Made by a program: the position numbers and the translations under genes. Below are positions 48,633 to 58,749 of a stretch of 64,000 nucleotides of DNA, piece by piece (position 1 is the first letter of the stretch; each line of letters starts with the position of its first letter). The notes under the pieces are model-generated. The model had not been told where the DNA came from. It ran no database searches and saw only the letters and a program-made list of their open reading frames with translations. Source of the DNA: an uncultured delta proteobacterium (GTDB taxonomy: Bacteria; Desulfobacterota; Binatia; UBA9968); contig CAWFJP010000031.1 in NCBI GenBank assembly GCA_963816145.1, positions 256,001 through 320,000 on the forward strand, in the 5' to 3' direction.

Positions 48633-51037
48633 GCGCGGAAGAACTGCCGCTGTCAAAGTCGAAACCTCGTTTCCATATTCCCGAGGGCGCATTGATAATC
48701 ATACCGATGCGCAACCGGGTGCTTTATCCGTCCATGGTCATGCCGCTGATGGTCGACCGCCCGGCGCGGCTCCAAGCTGTCGAAGAAGCCGTGCGCCAAC
48801 AACTACCCATCGGTTTTATCGTGCAACGCGATCCACATATGGAAGCTCCTCAACCCAAAGAGCTATACGGCATCGGCACTGCCGCGGATGTCTTGCGCAT
48901 GTTTACCCTGCCGGACGGCCGGCGGCAGGTGATCGTGCAAGGCCGGCGCCGATTCGTGATCGACGAATTCATCGAAACCGATCCCGTGCTGATTGCGCGG
49001 GTCACCATGGTGGAAGAACCGGTACCACAGACCAAGGAGTTCGCGGCGCGCATCTTGCATTTGCGTCAAGAAGCCGCTCGGGCATTGTCACTATTCCCTG
49101 AACCCATGAACGAACTGCGAGCGATGATCGAAAGGATGGAAGATCCTTTGTCGGTCATCGATGTGATCGCCTCCACCCTGGACCTGCCGACCGCGGAGAA
49201 GCAAGAGGTCTTGGCGATCCTCGACCCAGAGACGCGTGCCCAAAAAGTTTCGGAAAAGTTGGCGCGTCAGATCGAATTGCTCGAGCTGAGCCGGAAGATC
49301 GGCGACGAAACCAAGGTCTCCATGGACAAGTCGCAGCGCCAATATTTTCTGCGCGAGCAATTGAAGGCTATTCAAAAAGAACTCGGTGAGGAAGACGGCA
49401 AGGGCGTCGAAGTTGAAGAGCTGCGCAAAAGATTTTTCGAGGCCAAGATGCCGCCCGATGTTGAGAAGGAAGCGTTCAAAGAACTCAATCGGTTCGAGCG
49501 TATTCCCGAGATGGCCCCTGAACATTCGTTGTTGAGAACCTATTTCGACTGGTTGGCCGATCTGCCTTGGAGCGTTGTCACCAAGGAAGAGATCGACCTG
49601 CCCAAAGCCCGTGAAATTCTCGACGCCGACCATTACGGCCTGGAAAAAGTGAAAAAGCGCATCATCGAGTTTCTCGCCGTTCGCAAACTGAAACCGGAAG
49701 GGAAAAGTCCGATCCTGTGCTTGGTCGGTCCGCCGGGCGTTGGCAAGACATCCCTGGGTCAAAGTATCGCCAGGGCGATGAATCGTAAGTTCGTGCGCCA
49801 AAGTCTCGGCGGCGTCCATGATGAGGCAGATATCCGCGGCCACCGGCGGACTTACGTCGGGGCGCTCCCTGGTAACATTATTCAGGCCATCCGCAAGGCC
49901 GGTAGTAGAAATCCCGTCTTCATGTTGGATGAGGTTGACAAGCTCGGCGCTAGTTTCCATGGCAACCCTTCCGCGGCATTGCTGGAGGTTCTCGATCCGG
50001 CTCAAAATGCTACTTTTCAAGACCATTACCTAGCGGTCCCTTTCGATTTAACTCAGGTATTGTTTATCGCCACGGCGAACCTGCTCGATAACGTGCCAGG
50101 TCCGCTCCGCGATCGTATGGAAATTTTGGAATTGCCGGGCTACATCGAAGACGAGAAGCTGGCGATTGCCAAGGGATACTTGGTTCCTCGGCAGATTAGT
50201 GAAAATGGACTCAAACCCAGGGATATTGACTTTACCGACGATGGCATTCGGGAAACAATTCGCTCATATACCCGTGAGGCCGGTGTCCGGCAACTTGAGC
50301 GGCAATTGGCCGCGATCTGCCGCAGTGTGGCAATGCGCGTTGCCGAAGGAATGACGCAAACCATAACAGTCACTGCGGAATCTCTCCATGACTACTTGGG
50401 ACCGCAAAAGTTTTTCAATGAGATCGCCCTGCGCACCAGCTTGCCGGGAGTGGCAACCGGCCTGGCCTGGACGCCGTTCGGCGGCGATATATTGTTTGTC
50501 GAAGCGACCAAGATGCCTGGAGACGGCAAGTTGATTTTAACCGGCCAGTTGGGCGAGGTCATGAAAGAAAGCGCGCAAGCGGCTTTGAGTCTGGTCAAAT
50601 CTCGCGCCGACACACTCGGCATCGATGCCGACATCTTCAAGAAAAACGACCTGCACATTCATCTTCCGGCGGGCGCTATTCCCAAGGATGGCCCCAGCGC
50701 TGGGATCACACTGTTCGTCGCGCTCGTATCGCTTTTAACCGGACGGCACATCAGCAAAGATATCGCCATGACCGGTGAGATCAGCCTGCGCGGTTTGGTG
50801 CTGCCGGTAGGCGGGATCAAAGAAAAAATGCTGGCAGCAAAACGGGCGGGGATTACTTGTGTCCTGTTACCCGAGCTAAATCGCAGAGACTTGGAAGAAA
50901 TTCCTATCACGGGCCGCAGCGGCATCCGCTTTGAGTTTTTGAAAACCGCCGACGAGGCTTTGGGGCTAGCCCTGGAACCGAAAACACCCAGTGGTTTTTT
51001 TGCCAGTGAGGGTCTCGCCGCTCGGTCTGTCTGCTGA
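48629..51037 (+). CDS. lon: ATP-dependent Lon protease
   Basis: GPPGVGKT, RGHRRTYVGA, PKDGPSAG, GGIKEK. Confidence 0.96.
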   Translation: MSAEELPLSKSKPRFHIPEGALIIIPMRNRVLYPSMVMPLMVDRPARLQAVEEAVRQQLPIGFIVQRDPHMEAPQPKELYGIGTAADVLRMFTLPDGRRQVIVQGRRRFVIDEFIETDPVLIARVTMVEEPVPQTKEFAARILHLRQEAARALSLFPEPMNELRAMIERMEDPLSVIDVIASTLDLPTAEKQEVLAILDPETRAQKVSEKLARQIELLELSRKIGDETKVSMDKSQRQYFLREQLKAIQKELGEEDGKGVEVEELRKRFFEAKMPPDVEKEAFKELNRFERIPEMAPEHSLLRTYFDWLADLPWSVVTKEEIDLPKAREILDADHYGLEKVKKRIIEFLAVRKLKPEGKSPILCLVGPPGVGKTSLGQSIARAMNRKFVRQSLGGVHDEADIRGHRRTYVGALPGNIIQAIRKAGSRNPVFMLDEVDKLGASFHGNPSAALLEVLDPAQNATFQDHYLAVPFDLTQVLFIATANLLDNVPGPLRDRMEILELPGYIEDEKLAIAKGYLVPRQISENGLKPRDIDFTDDGIRETIRSYTREAGVRQLERQLAAICRSVAMRVAEGMTQTITVTAESLHDYLGPQKFFNEIALRTSLPGVATGLAWTPFGGDILFVEATKMPGDGKLILTGQLGEVMKESAQAALSLVKSRADTLGIDADIFKKNDLHIHLPAGAIPKDGPSAGITLFVALVSLLTGRHISKDIAMTGEISLRGLVLPVGGIKEKMLAAKRAGITCVLLPELNRRDLEEIPITGRSGIRFEFLKTADEALGLALEPKTPSGFFASEGLAARSVC

Positions 51038-51137
51038 CAAATAAATCAGCGAATCGACCCAGCGGTTCTTCCTCACGGGGAAATGAAAATGGACAGTTGA
51101 ATCGATCGAGCTGGGATTGATCACAAGGAGGTACGTC

Positions 51138-51611
51138 ATGCTCAAACGGATTATCGGCCGGGATACTCAAGAGATTTCAGCGTCGGACCAGCATTGGTTG
51201 AACGTGGATGCTTTGGCGCAAGTGGAGGTAACCTCGGAGGACGCGGCGCATCCGATCGAGTCCGGATTGCTACCGGGGACCGCATCCGGTTGGCGCGCTG
51301 CGCACCCCGGACCGCAGACCGTGCGTCTGGTGTTTGACCAGCCGCAGCGAATCAAGCGTATCCATTTAGAGTTCCACGAAGATGAGTTGGCGCGTACTCA
51401 GCAATTTGTCCTGCGCTGGTCGTCAAACCGCGGGCAGTCCTATGGGGAAATCGTCCGTCAGCAGTACAATTTCAGCCCGCCCGCCACGACCCGCGAGTGC
51501 GAGGATTACTCCGTAGATCTCGACGGCGTGACCACACTCGAACTGAGCATCGTTCCAGAGATCAGCGGCGGGCCTGCCCGCGCATCGCTCGCCCAGTTAC
51601 GAGTTGCATGA
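51138..51611 (+). CDS. Galactose-binding/discoidin-like fold protein
   Basis: VEVTSED.AHPIE..L, GWRAA.PGPQ.VRL.FD, EIVRQQYNFSP. Confidence 0.65.
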   Translation: MLKRIIGRDTQEISASDQHWLNVDALAQVEVTSEDAAHPIESGLLPGTASGWRAAHPGPQTVRLVFDQPQRIKRIHLEFHEDELARTQQFVLRWSSNRGQSYGEIVRQQYNFSPPATTRECEDYSVDLDGVTTLELSIVPEISGGPARASLAQLRVA

Positions 51612-51668
51612 GTGCCGAGAAACTCTGTCAAAGTGCGGTTGGCGCACAAGAGGGAAGGTTACAAACCT

Positions 51669-52019
51669 ATGTTGGTATTACTGGTTGCAGTGATTTCCGG
51701 GATCGCGATTGCTTATTTTGGCATGCAAAACATTAGCCCCGTCACGATCCGGCTTAACGAATATGTCTGGAACGATGTGCCCTTGTATCTGGTCATCGTC
51801 GGTTCGTTGTTTGTTGGCTTGTTCATCGCGTGGATTCTCTATTTTGCCAGGTCGGTGTCTTCGACCTTGACCATATTTGGAAAAGATCGCGCGATGAAAA
51901 AAGCCAAACATACGGTCGCCGGCCTAGAGCAGAGGGTTCGGGAACTTGAAGCAGAGACGGCTCGACTCAAAGCCATGGACTTGCTTCCGTCTGAAATGCC
52001 GCACCGCAAGTTGTCGTAG
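51669..52019 (+). CDS. LapA (DUF1049)-like membrane protein
   Basis: F.MQN..PV, VPLYLVIVGSLFVG, C-terminal coiled coil. Confidence 0.75.
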   Translation: MLVLLVAVISGIAIAYFGMQNISPVTIRLNEYVWNDVPLYLVIVGSLFVGLFIAWILYFARSVSSTLTIFGKDRAMKKAKHTVAGLEQRVRELEAETARLKAMDLLPSEMPHRKLS

Positions 52020-52087
52020 TCGCGAGGCTCGCACAGACTGCGCGCCCAGCGGCGGTGGTCCATGCGCGTGGGTCGGTTGCAAGTGCC

Positions 52088-52639
52088 CTAAGGCAGTTCG
52101 AGTCGCACATCGGCGGTGCCCGAATCGATCATCTCCAAAGCTTGTGCCGCGCCCTGCGAGAGATCGATGATCCGATTTCCTGACGACGGTCCACGATCGG
52201 TAATCACTACTTCCACTGATTTTCCGTTGGCGAGATTCGTTACTTTTATCTTGCTACCGAAAGGTAAGCTTGGATGTGCGGCGGTAAATCCCGCTTGATC
52301 AAACGTGGTACCGCTGGCCGTCTGTTTTCCTTGATGGGCTGCTCCATACCATGAAGCTTGCCCAGTCTGTGGCAATTCCACCGGCGCGGTGGGAGTTGCT
52401 TTTGCGGCCGGTTGTGCAGGCACAAGCTGACTCGGCGAAGGTTGGCTGCTGGCTGAAGGTTTGGAAGTGTCAGGTCGCGCCCGCGTTTCGGCCGGTACTG
52501 CTGGTTCCGAAGGCGGTTGCAGCAGGGCACAACCTTGAAAAAGCAGCATCCCTAGACACATTTGAATGAGACGCGGGTGGCTTTGGTGAAACCCGCCGAC
52601 TAAGAATCCGGGCAACGAAACAGAAATTTTATTTGCCAT
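52088..52639 (-). CDS. RlpA family (DPBB) lipoprotein
   Basis: GQASWYG, TASG, TAAHPSLPFGS, DRGP, IIDLS; lipobox-like FQGC. Confidence 0.88.
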   Translation of the reverse strand: MANKISVSLPGFLVGGFHQSHPRLIQMCLGMLLFQGCALLQPPSEPAVPAETRARPDTSKPSASSQPSPSQLVPAQPAAKATPTAPVELPQTGQASWYGAAHQGKQTASGTTFDQAGFTAAHPSLPFGSKIKVTNLANGKSVEVVITDRGPSSGNRIIDLSQGAAQALEMIDSGTADVRLELP

Positions 52640-52909
52640 CAATCGAGACCCTCTCCCGCCGATTCGGATTTGCGCGAACAACGAACAGTAAACTGCCAAT
52701 TGGTAGACTTTTTCGCGGCGCTTAACAAGCGAGCCACTCCGGCGTAACGGATGATTCTTGCTTGACGGCGAACAGGTCAACTCCTGCGAGCTCGAGTAGC
52801 GCCAATTGAACGAGTTTACCCGCTAACGTGGTCGGCTTAACCTTGGCGATCCGTCAGACCTCGGAACGAATCCCGAACGAATCGGCCGGTTCTTCTACTT
52901 TGCTCGGCC

Positions 52910-53122
52910 TTACTGAAAGCGCGGCAACCCGAGTCGTGCCAGGCTCTCCAGCTTATGCACCCGCTCATCATAGCCGATCTGGCGGAAGAGATCGGCGAGG
53001 CAAGCGAACCTTCCGTAGTCCGCTCCAAACGCGCTCTCGAAGGGCACCTGTTCGAGGGCGATATTCTCCGCTACGTAGTTCATATATTCGTGCTCGGCGT
53101 GATCTTCGAAGTAGGCATTCAT
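52910..53122 (-). pseudogene. 3' fragment of an alternative-oxidase-like di-iron carboxylate protein
   Basis: NAYFEDHAEHEY and LADLFRQIGYDERVH (last ExxH helix pair); N-terminal part absent. Confidence 0.65.
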
Positions 53123-53159
53123 CTGCGCCCGTGACCCGGCGCGCGAATATTATGAACAT

Positions 53160-53175
53160 CGTCCAGTATTAGACA
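53160..53175 (+). promoter_or_regulatory. Crp/Fnr-type palindrome, site 7
   Basis: CGTCCAGTATTAGACA; -10 CATGAT at 53197. Confidence 0.8.
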
Positions 53176-53234
53176 GCAATCCCGCCCCAGGCGGCGCATG
53201 ATCAACATCAAATGACTTGGTTAGGGAGGTACAG

Positions 53235-53819
53235 ATGGAAACGTTAGACACACAAACATGGATTATACTCGCAGTGGTTATAGTCTTGGCATCGGTTGCA
53301 GTTGGGGCCTGGTACTTCTACCAAAAAAAGCGCTCCCAAAAGCTCCAAGATCACTTCGGGCCAGAATACGACCGAACTGTCACCGAACTCGGTAGTCGAG
53401 CTAAAGGCGAATCCGAACTCAAGGCGCGCGAAAAGCGCGTCGAGCGGCTCGAGCTTATACCATTGGCCGCGCCTGAAGCCGTCAGATTCAGCGAGGCTTG
53501 GCAAGCACTACAGAGCCGATTCGTCGATAACCCCAAGGGCGTAGTCGTCCAAGCCGAACAGTTGGTTCGCGAATTGATGGTAAAGCGCGGTTACCCCATG
53601 GGTGATTTTGAGCAACGCGCGGGCGATATCTCGGTTGACCACCCCGATGTTGTCGCCAATTACCGGGCGGCGCAAGCCATCGCCGTGCGCGATCAGCGGG
53701 GCTCGGCGGACACCGAGGAGCTGCGTAAAGCGGTAGTGCATTACCGCGCCCTGTTCGATGAACTGCTCGAGGTAAGAGCGCCCAAGGAAGAGATCGCCGC
53801 AGAGAAGCGTGTCGCATAG
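53235..53819 (+). CDS. Single-TM helical hypothetical protein
   Basis: N-terminal TM, FGPEYDR, Q.RFVD.P, RGYP, TEELR.A.VHYRALF.ELL; GGAGG RBS. Confidence 0.8.
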   Translation: METLDTQTWIILAVVIVLASVAVGAWYFYQKKRSQKLQDHFGPEYDRTVTELGSRAKGESELKAREKRVERLELIPLAAPEAVRFSEAWQALQSRFVDNPKGVVVQAEQLVRELMVKRGYPMGDFEQRAGDISVDHPDVVANYRAAQAIAVRDQRGSADTEELRKAVVHYRALFDELLEVRAPKEEIAAEKRVA

Positions 53820-53854
53820 CGCTAATCAAACAAAGATACAAGAAGGAACTGAAT

Positions 53855-54070
53855 ATGGAACGAACATACAAGAAAATTGAAATCGTCGGCAGCTCTGAGA
53901 CCAGCTTTGGCGATGCCACGCAAAATGCCGTGGCCAAGGCCTGCCAGTCACTACGCCATGTCGATTGGTTCGAAGTGACGGAAATGCGCGGCTTAGTTGA
54001 AAACAACAAAGTGAAAGAGTTCCAGGTCACCGTCAAGATCGGCTTTCGACTCGAAGATCAGCCGGCCTGA
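53855..54070 (+). CDS. Dodecin (flavin-binding protein)
   Basis: YKKIEIVGSS, WFEV.EMRG, FQVTVKIGFRLE. Confidence 0.95.
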   Translation: MERTYKKIEIVGSSETSFGDATQNAVAKACQSLRHVDWFEVTEMRGLVENNKVKEFQVTVKIGFRLEDQPA

Positions 54071-54119
54071 ACGCGATGATTATACCCGCGAGCAATCTCA
54101 CGTTCGTCAATCGTCGCAC

Positions 54120-54154
54120 CGACCTTTTGGTCGAAGTCTCCGACGCTTTCGCCG
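54120..54154 (+). promoter_or_regulatory. Tandem enhancer (UAS), CGAC-N6-GTCG x2
   Basis: CGACCTTTTGGTCG-N7-CGACGCTTTCGCCG. Confidence 0.7.
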
Positions 54155-54227
54155 TGCCTGCTCTCGGATTCACCGCCATACAGCTCGGAATGGTTGAGTA
54201 TTATCACATTCGTCTGGCGCCAAGGGG

Positions 54228-54243
54228 CGGCACAACAGTTGCG
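54228..54243 (+). promoter_or_regulatory. Sigma54 -24/-12 promoter
   Basis: CGGCACAACAGTTGCG, close to the TGGCAC-N5-TTGC consensus; 73 bp after the UAS. Confidence 0.75.
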
Positions 54244-54289
54244 CTAGAGGAGATGTAGATAAAAATTTTCAGTGGAGGATAAAAAAGTT

Positions 54290-55180
54290 ATGAAGAGATT
54301 ACGATCAGTTCTATCGCCGATGGTTACGACAGCGGGGATCTTGGCCTTGTCGGGTGCGGTTTTAGCTCAATCACCCAGCGAGTCCCACCGTGCTGCGAGC
54401 GCGCGGGCGCATGAAATTATGTCCAGTGCGCCTTGTCCGTTGCCCAGAGTTACCAAGGAAAAGATCACCGAAGACGAGGGGCGGGATTTAGCCCAAGCCT
54501 TTGCCGACAAAAACATGAACGGCTTTAGAGTCGTGCGGCCGTTGGGTTACGGCGGCGGTTACACGACGATGTGTTACCAGACCGCCAACGGCGCTCCGAC
54601 ACGGCCGCTGGTGTTATACTCTGTGGAGTATTCCATGGATCTAAAAAACCCAGCAGGTGAAACGCGCAATCTGTGCGTCGATCAATACGGCACGGTGAGC
54701 GAGTTCTGCAGCGATTTCGGCTTCGCGGGCGCAACCGGCCCGGCTGGTCCGATCGGCCCCATGGGCGCACAAGGTCCGGCGGGACCAATGGGCCCTCAGG
54801 CGACGGCTGCTGCTGAGGTAAGGAAATGGTCCTCGTTCAACAACATTCTGTTCGATTTCGACATGTCGGTCATTCGGTCCGACGAGACGAGCAAGGTAAC
54901 CGATATCGCGGCCTACTTGAAGCAGAATCCGACCGCCCGCGTGGGCATCGACGGCCACACCGATCCGCGCGGCACCGACGCTTACAACCAGGGCCTGAGC
55001 GAACGCCGTGTCAACGCCATTAGTGAGGCGCTGGTGACAGCCGGCGTGGCGACTGGCAAGATCCACACAGGCGCTTTCGGTGAGTCACAGCTCAAATGCC
55101 ATGAATCCACCGAGGCTTGCTGGCAGAGCGACCGTCGAGTCGAAGTGTTGATCGGCAACGCCGACATCGCCAGCCGATAA
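54290..55180 (+). CDS. Exported OmpA-like peptidoglycan-binding protein with a collagen-like linker
   Basis: Signal peptide; about 9 Gly-X-Y triplets; ILFDFD, IDGHTD.RG...YNQGLSERR, DRRVEV. Confidence 0.88.
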   Translation: MKRLRSVLSPMVTTAGILALSGAVLAQSPSESHRAASARAHEIMSSAPCPLPRVTKEKITEDEGRDLAQAFADKNMNGFRVVRPLGYGGGYTTMCYQTANGAPTRPLVLYSVEYSMDLKNPAGETRNLCVDQYGTVSEFCSDFGFAGATGPAGPIGPMGAQGPAGPMGPQATAAAEVRKWSSFNNILFDFDMSVIRSDETSKVTDIAAYLKQNPTARVGIDGHTDPRGTDAYNQGLSERRVNAISEALVTAGVATGKIHTGAFGESQLKCHESTEACWQSDRRVEVLIGNADIASR

Positions 55181-55314
55181 CCGCCAAGATCGATAGCTCT
55201 GGCAGAGCAGGTCTGAACTGCTGGAGCATCAAACTCACGCAACGACCCCTGGGACCAACCGGCTCTGGGGGTTGTTACGTATTAGCGAGCAATCGTGGTT
55301 TAATGCTTTCCTCC

Positions 55315-57045
55315 ATGCGCAAGTCGTTTTTACCGAGCCACTTTGTCGCTTTGGGAATGCTGGTCCTGATTTTGGTATCCCTCTACGGATTCATAGAGGC
55401 TCGCAGACTCAAGCGAGAATTCTTGCGCCAGACCGAAGACAAAGGCGTGGCATTGGCCAGCGCGATGGCGGCTGGCGTTACAAACGCTATCGTCGGCAAT
55501 GTTCCCTTGGAGAAGCAGATCGAGCAGCGCCTTTTGGCGAACGCCCGGTTAATCGACCAACTGCTCCTCACTCGCCGTGTCGATCAAGCGCTGCTCATGG
55601 AGGTCAGCACGCAAAATCGCTTACAAAAAATCGATCTCCTCGATCCGCAGGGCCAACCCAAAGAGATTTCCTCTCTGCAGGCGATGATCGCAAGGAAAGA
55701 CCAAGGCGTTGACCTCCCGCAGGAACGCGAACCGACGTTGATCTATATGTGGGGAAAGCGTTTGCGTTCGCAAGAGGCGAAACCTGCGAACCCGGTTATC
55801 AATCTACCGACCCGAATCACGGCAAATGAGTTTTGGAAAGGCAGCGCAATTGGCGTCGCTGTCGTCGCCCGCAGTTTTCCCGGGATCATCGCGGTCCACG
55901 CCAACGCTGACTATATTTTGAACTTCGACAAAGAAATCGGTTTGCAAAATCGAATCCAGGAGTTGGGCAGCGCAGCGGAGGCTGAGTTTGTCGCGCTTCT
56001 CGATAGCAACTTCAATGTCGTTGCTCATACGGACATGAGCCGGATCGGACAACGGGAAAAAGACACCCTTGTTTTGTCCGCCAACGGCGATCGTCAACTT
56101 TTGAGCCAAATCGTCGAGAGCAGCGGAGGGAAAGAGTACTTGGAAGTGGTCAAACCCGTTGCGTTGTATCAATCCAATATGGGATTCCTGAAAGTTGGGA
56201 TTTCCCTGGGGTCGATGGAGATCGCTTGGCGCAACAGCTTGCGTGCGATTCTCATTCTGGGAATAGCGATCTTCGCCGTGGGCATGCTCGGAATGGCGGC
56301 GATTTTCCATAATCAGAACTCCCATCTGCGACATGTCAAAGGTTTGGAAATCGAAGTGTTACATCGAGAACGCCTTTCAGCAATGGGCGATGTGGCTGCG
56401 GCGGTCGCTCATGAGGTGAGAAATCCGCTCAATGCCATCTCCATGGGTCTGCAGCGTCTGAAAATGGAATTTAAGCCCAGCGATGACCAGGAGGACTACT
56501 CTCGTCTCACCGGTTTAATGCTGGGTGAAGTGCACCGTCTGAACTCGATCGTCGAGCAGTTCCTCGCGCTGGCGCACCCTGTTGAGATCAAACCTGAGCC
56601 CTTGCCGTTGCCGGAAGTCCTGAAAGAGCTAGCAGCGTTACAAGACGGCACCGCGAGAGATTCGAATGTGCGCATCCAAGTAATAGCGGCGCCCAATACG
56701 CCGCCGCTCATGGCCGATCCCGCTCATCTAACCCAAGTGCTGATGAACCTCATGCTCAACGGTTTGCAAGCGATGCCCGACGGTGGAACCTTGACACTGG
56801 AGGCGAAAGCTTTGAACGGCAAATGTCGCATCGCGGTGGCGGATACCGGAGCCGGGATCGCGCCGGAAAACCAGCGGCGAATTTTTGAACCTTACTTCAC
56901 GACTAAGGTAAAGGGCACCGGGCTGGGTCTGGCGATCTCGCGCAGGATTATCGAAGCCCACGGCGGAACGCTCACTGTTACCAGTAAGGTGGGTCAAGGA
57001 TCCCGCTTCGAGATTTCATTGCCGCTCAACCGTGCGGAGGTGTAA
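55315..57045 (+). CDS. Sensor histidine kinase with two TM segments and a periplasmic domain
   Basis: AHEVRNPL, NLMLNGLQA, DTGAGI, FEPYFTTK..GTGLGL. Confidence 0.93.
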   Translation: MRKSFLPSHFVALGMLVLILVSLYGFIEARRLKREFLRQTEDKGVALASAMAAGVTNAIVGNVPLEKQIEQRLLANARLIDQLLLTRRVDQALLMEVSTQNRLQKIDLLDPQGQPKEISSLQAMIARKDQGVDLPQEREPTLIYMWGKRLRSQEAKPANPVINLPTRITANEFWKGSAIGVAVVARSFPGIIAVHANADYILNFDKEIGLQNRIQELGSAAEAEFVALLDSNFNVVAHTDMSRIGQREKDTLVLSANGDRQLLSQIVESSGGKEYLEVVKPVALYQSNMGFLKVGISLGSMEIAWRNSLRAILILGIAIFAVGMLGMAAIFHNQNSHLRHVKGLEIEVLHRERLSAMGDVAAAVAHEVRNPLNAISMGLQRLKMEFKPSDDQEDYSRLTGLMLGEVHRLNSIVEQFLALAHPVEIKPEPLPLPEVLKELAALQDGTARDSNVRIQVIAAPNTPPLMADPAHLTQVLMNLMLNGLQAMPDGGTLTLEAKALNGKCRIAVADTGAGIAPENQRRIFEPYFTTKVKGTGLGLAISRRIIEAHGGTLTVTSKVGQGSRFEISLPLNRAEV

Positions 57046-58470
57046 ATGCCAAATCGTTTTCACATTCTGGTCGTCGATGACGAACCGGCGCAGCGCGAGG
57101 TGATCTCGGGCTTTCTGCGCAAGCAAGGCTTTGAAGTGGTAACGGCCGATAGCGGGGAGCGCGCCTTGGAACTCTTTCGTCAGGACGCCTTTGATCTGAT
57201 TCTGACCGATCAAAAGATGGCTGGCATGACTGGCTTGGATCTGATGCAAGCGGTGCACACCATTAATTCGGACACGCCGGTCATCTTAATTACCGCTTTC
57301 GGCACCATCGCAGCCGCCGTGGCTGCCCTTAAAAAAGGCGCCATCGATTATCTGACCAAACCGTTAAATTTGGAAGAACTGTTGCACCGCATTCGACTAG
57401 TCAGCGACCGCTACCGAATTCTCACCGAGAACCGCGAGTTGCGGGAAGCGTTAGGGGAGCGACATCGTATCGAGGGCATCATCGGCGAGAGCGGGCCGAT
57501 GCTTGAAGTTCTTTCTATGGTGCGCCGGGTCGCGCCGAGTGAAGCGACGGTATTGATCCGGGGTGAGAGTGGCACGGGGAAAGAGCTGATTGCCCAGGCC
57601 ATTCACCATGGTAGCCCAAGAGCGCGCGGCCCCCTGATCAAGGTTAACTGCGCGGCGCTGCCTGAAGCGCTACTCGAATCGGAATTGTTCGGCCACGAGA
57701 AAGGTGCATTTACCGGGGCGACAGCGTCGCGCCAAGGACGTTTTGAGCTGGCCAACGGCGGGACGATCTTTCTCGATGAAATCGGCGACCTGCCGTTGCA
57801 TTTGCAGGCGAAGCTCCTGCGCGTGCTGCAAGAGAGGGAATACGAGAAGGTTGGCTCCAGCCGTCCAGTCAAGGTCAACGTCCGAATCCTCGCCGCCAGC
57901 CATCGGCCGCTGGAAGCGCTCATCAAAGCGGGACAATGGCGCGAGGATCTTTACTACCGGCTCAACGTTGTGACGATTCTTCTTCCGCCACTGCGCGAGC
58001 GGCGCTCCGATCTATCGCTGCTGATCGACCACTTCGTGCGCCACTTTGCCGAGAAGAACGGCAAGAAGATCGCCGGTCTGACGGACGCAGGTCGAGATAT
58101 TCTTTTGCGCTATGACTATCCGGGAAATGTCCGGGAGCTGGAAAATATTATTGAGCGCGCCGTAGTTCTCACCAGGGACGATGTGATTGGCCGCGGCGAT
58201 CTGCCGATCACGGTTCAAGAACTTGAAGCCATAGACGACGACGACGAACCCAACCTTGCCATCGCAGTTGAACGGGTGGAGCGCCGGATGATCCGGGAAG
58301 CGCTGGCGCGCTTCGAAGGGGTCCAAACCCGCGCCGCAGAGCGGCTTGGAATCAGTGAACGGGCGTTGCGCTATAAACTGATCAAATACGGCTTTCGTGA
58401 AGAAGCCTCAGATGTCGATGCCGATCCGCAAGCTAAATCTCCGCAAGAAAGTTCTGACCCGCAGGATTAA
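57046..58470 (+). CDS. Sigma54-dependent response regulator (NtrC/ZraR/AtoC-like)
   Basis: Receiver domain, GESGTGKE, GAFTGA, C-terminal Fis-type HTH. Confidence 0.95.
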   Translation: MPNRFHILVVDDEPAQREVISGFLRKQGFEVVTADSGERALELFRQDAFDLILTDQKMAGMTGLDLMQAVHTINSDTPVILITAFGTIAAAVAALKKGAIDYLTKPLNLEELLHRIRLVSDRYRILTENRELREALGERHRIEGIIGESGPMLEVLSMVRRVAPSEATVLIRGESGTGKELIAQAIHHGSPRARGPLIKVNCAALPEALLESELFGHEKGAFTGATASRQGRFELANGGTIFLDEIGDLPLHLQAKLLRVLQEREYEKVGSSRPVKVNVRILAASHRPLEALIKAGQWREDLYYRLNVVTILLPPLRERRSDLSLLIDHFVRHFAEKNGKKIAGLTDAGRDILLRYDYPGNVRELENIIERAVVLTRDDVIGRGDLPITVQELEAIDDDDEPNLAIAVERVERRMIREALARFEGVQTRAAERLGISERALRYKLIKYGFREEASDVDADPQAKSPQESSDPQD

Positions 58471-58641
58471 CGGATTTCTTCTGAGGTCGGCACGAAGGCT
58501 TTAACAATCGCGAATTCCACCTCAACGGTCACCCCACACGCCTCTAGGAGCAGGCTCGTCACGTTCACGACTGGATTCTCGGTGGCACGTACGAGAGTAA
58601 CGTACTTCGGTTAGCAATCCAGCCATCTTTCTTGTCGAATT

Positions 58642-58657
58642 CGTCCAGTATTAGACA
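58642..58657 (+). promoter_or_regulatory. Crp/Fnr-type palindrome, site 8
   Basis: CGTCCAGTATTAGACA, identical to site 7; -10 match is weak. Confidence 0.7.
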
Positions 58658-58749
58658 GCGATCCCTGCCGATCCCCGATTAAGTGTATAAACGAAAAAGG
58701 CAGGCTCCGACCCAATCATCACGATTGATAAGGCTTGTTCGGAGGAGAG

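Noticed and set aside
54193-54208. GTTGA-N6-TCACA as a canonical CRP site
   Set aside because: Single imperfect occurrence between the UAS and the sigma54 site; could equally be an AT-rich bending region.
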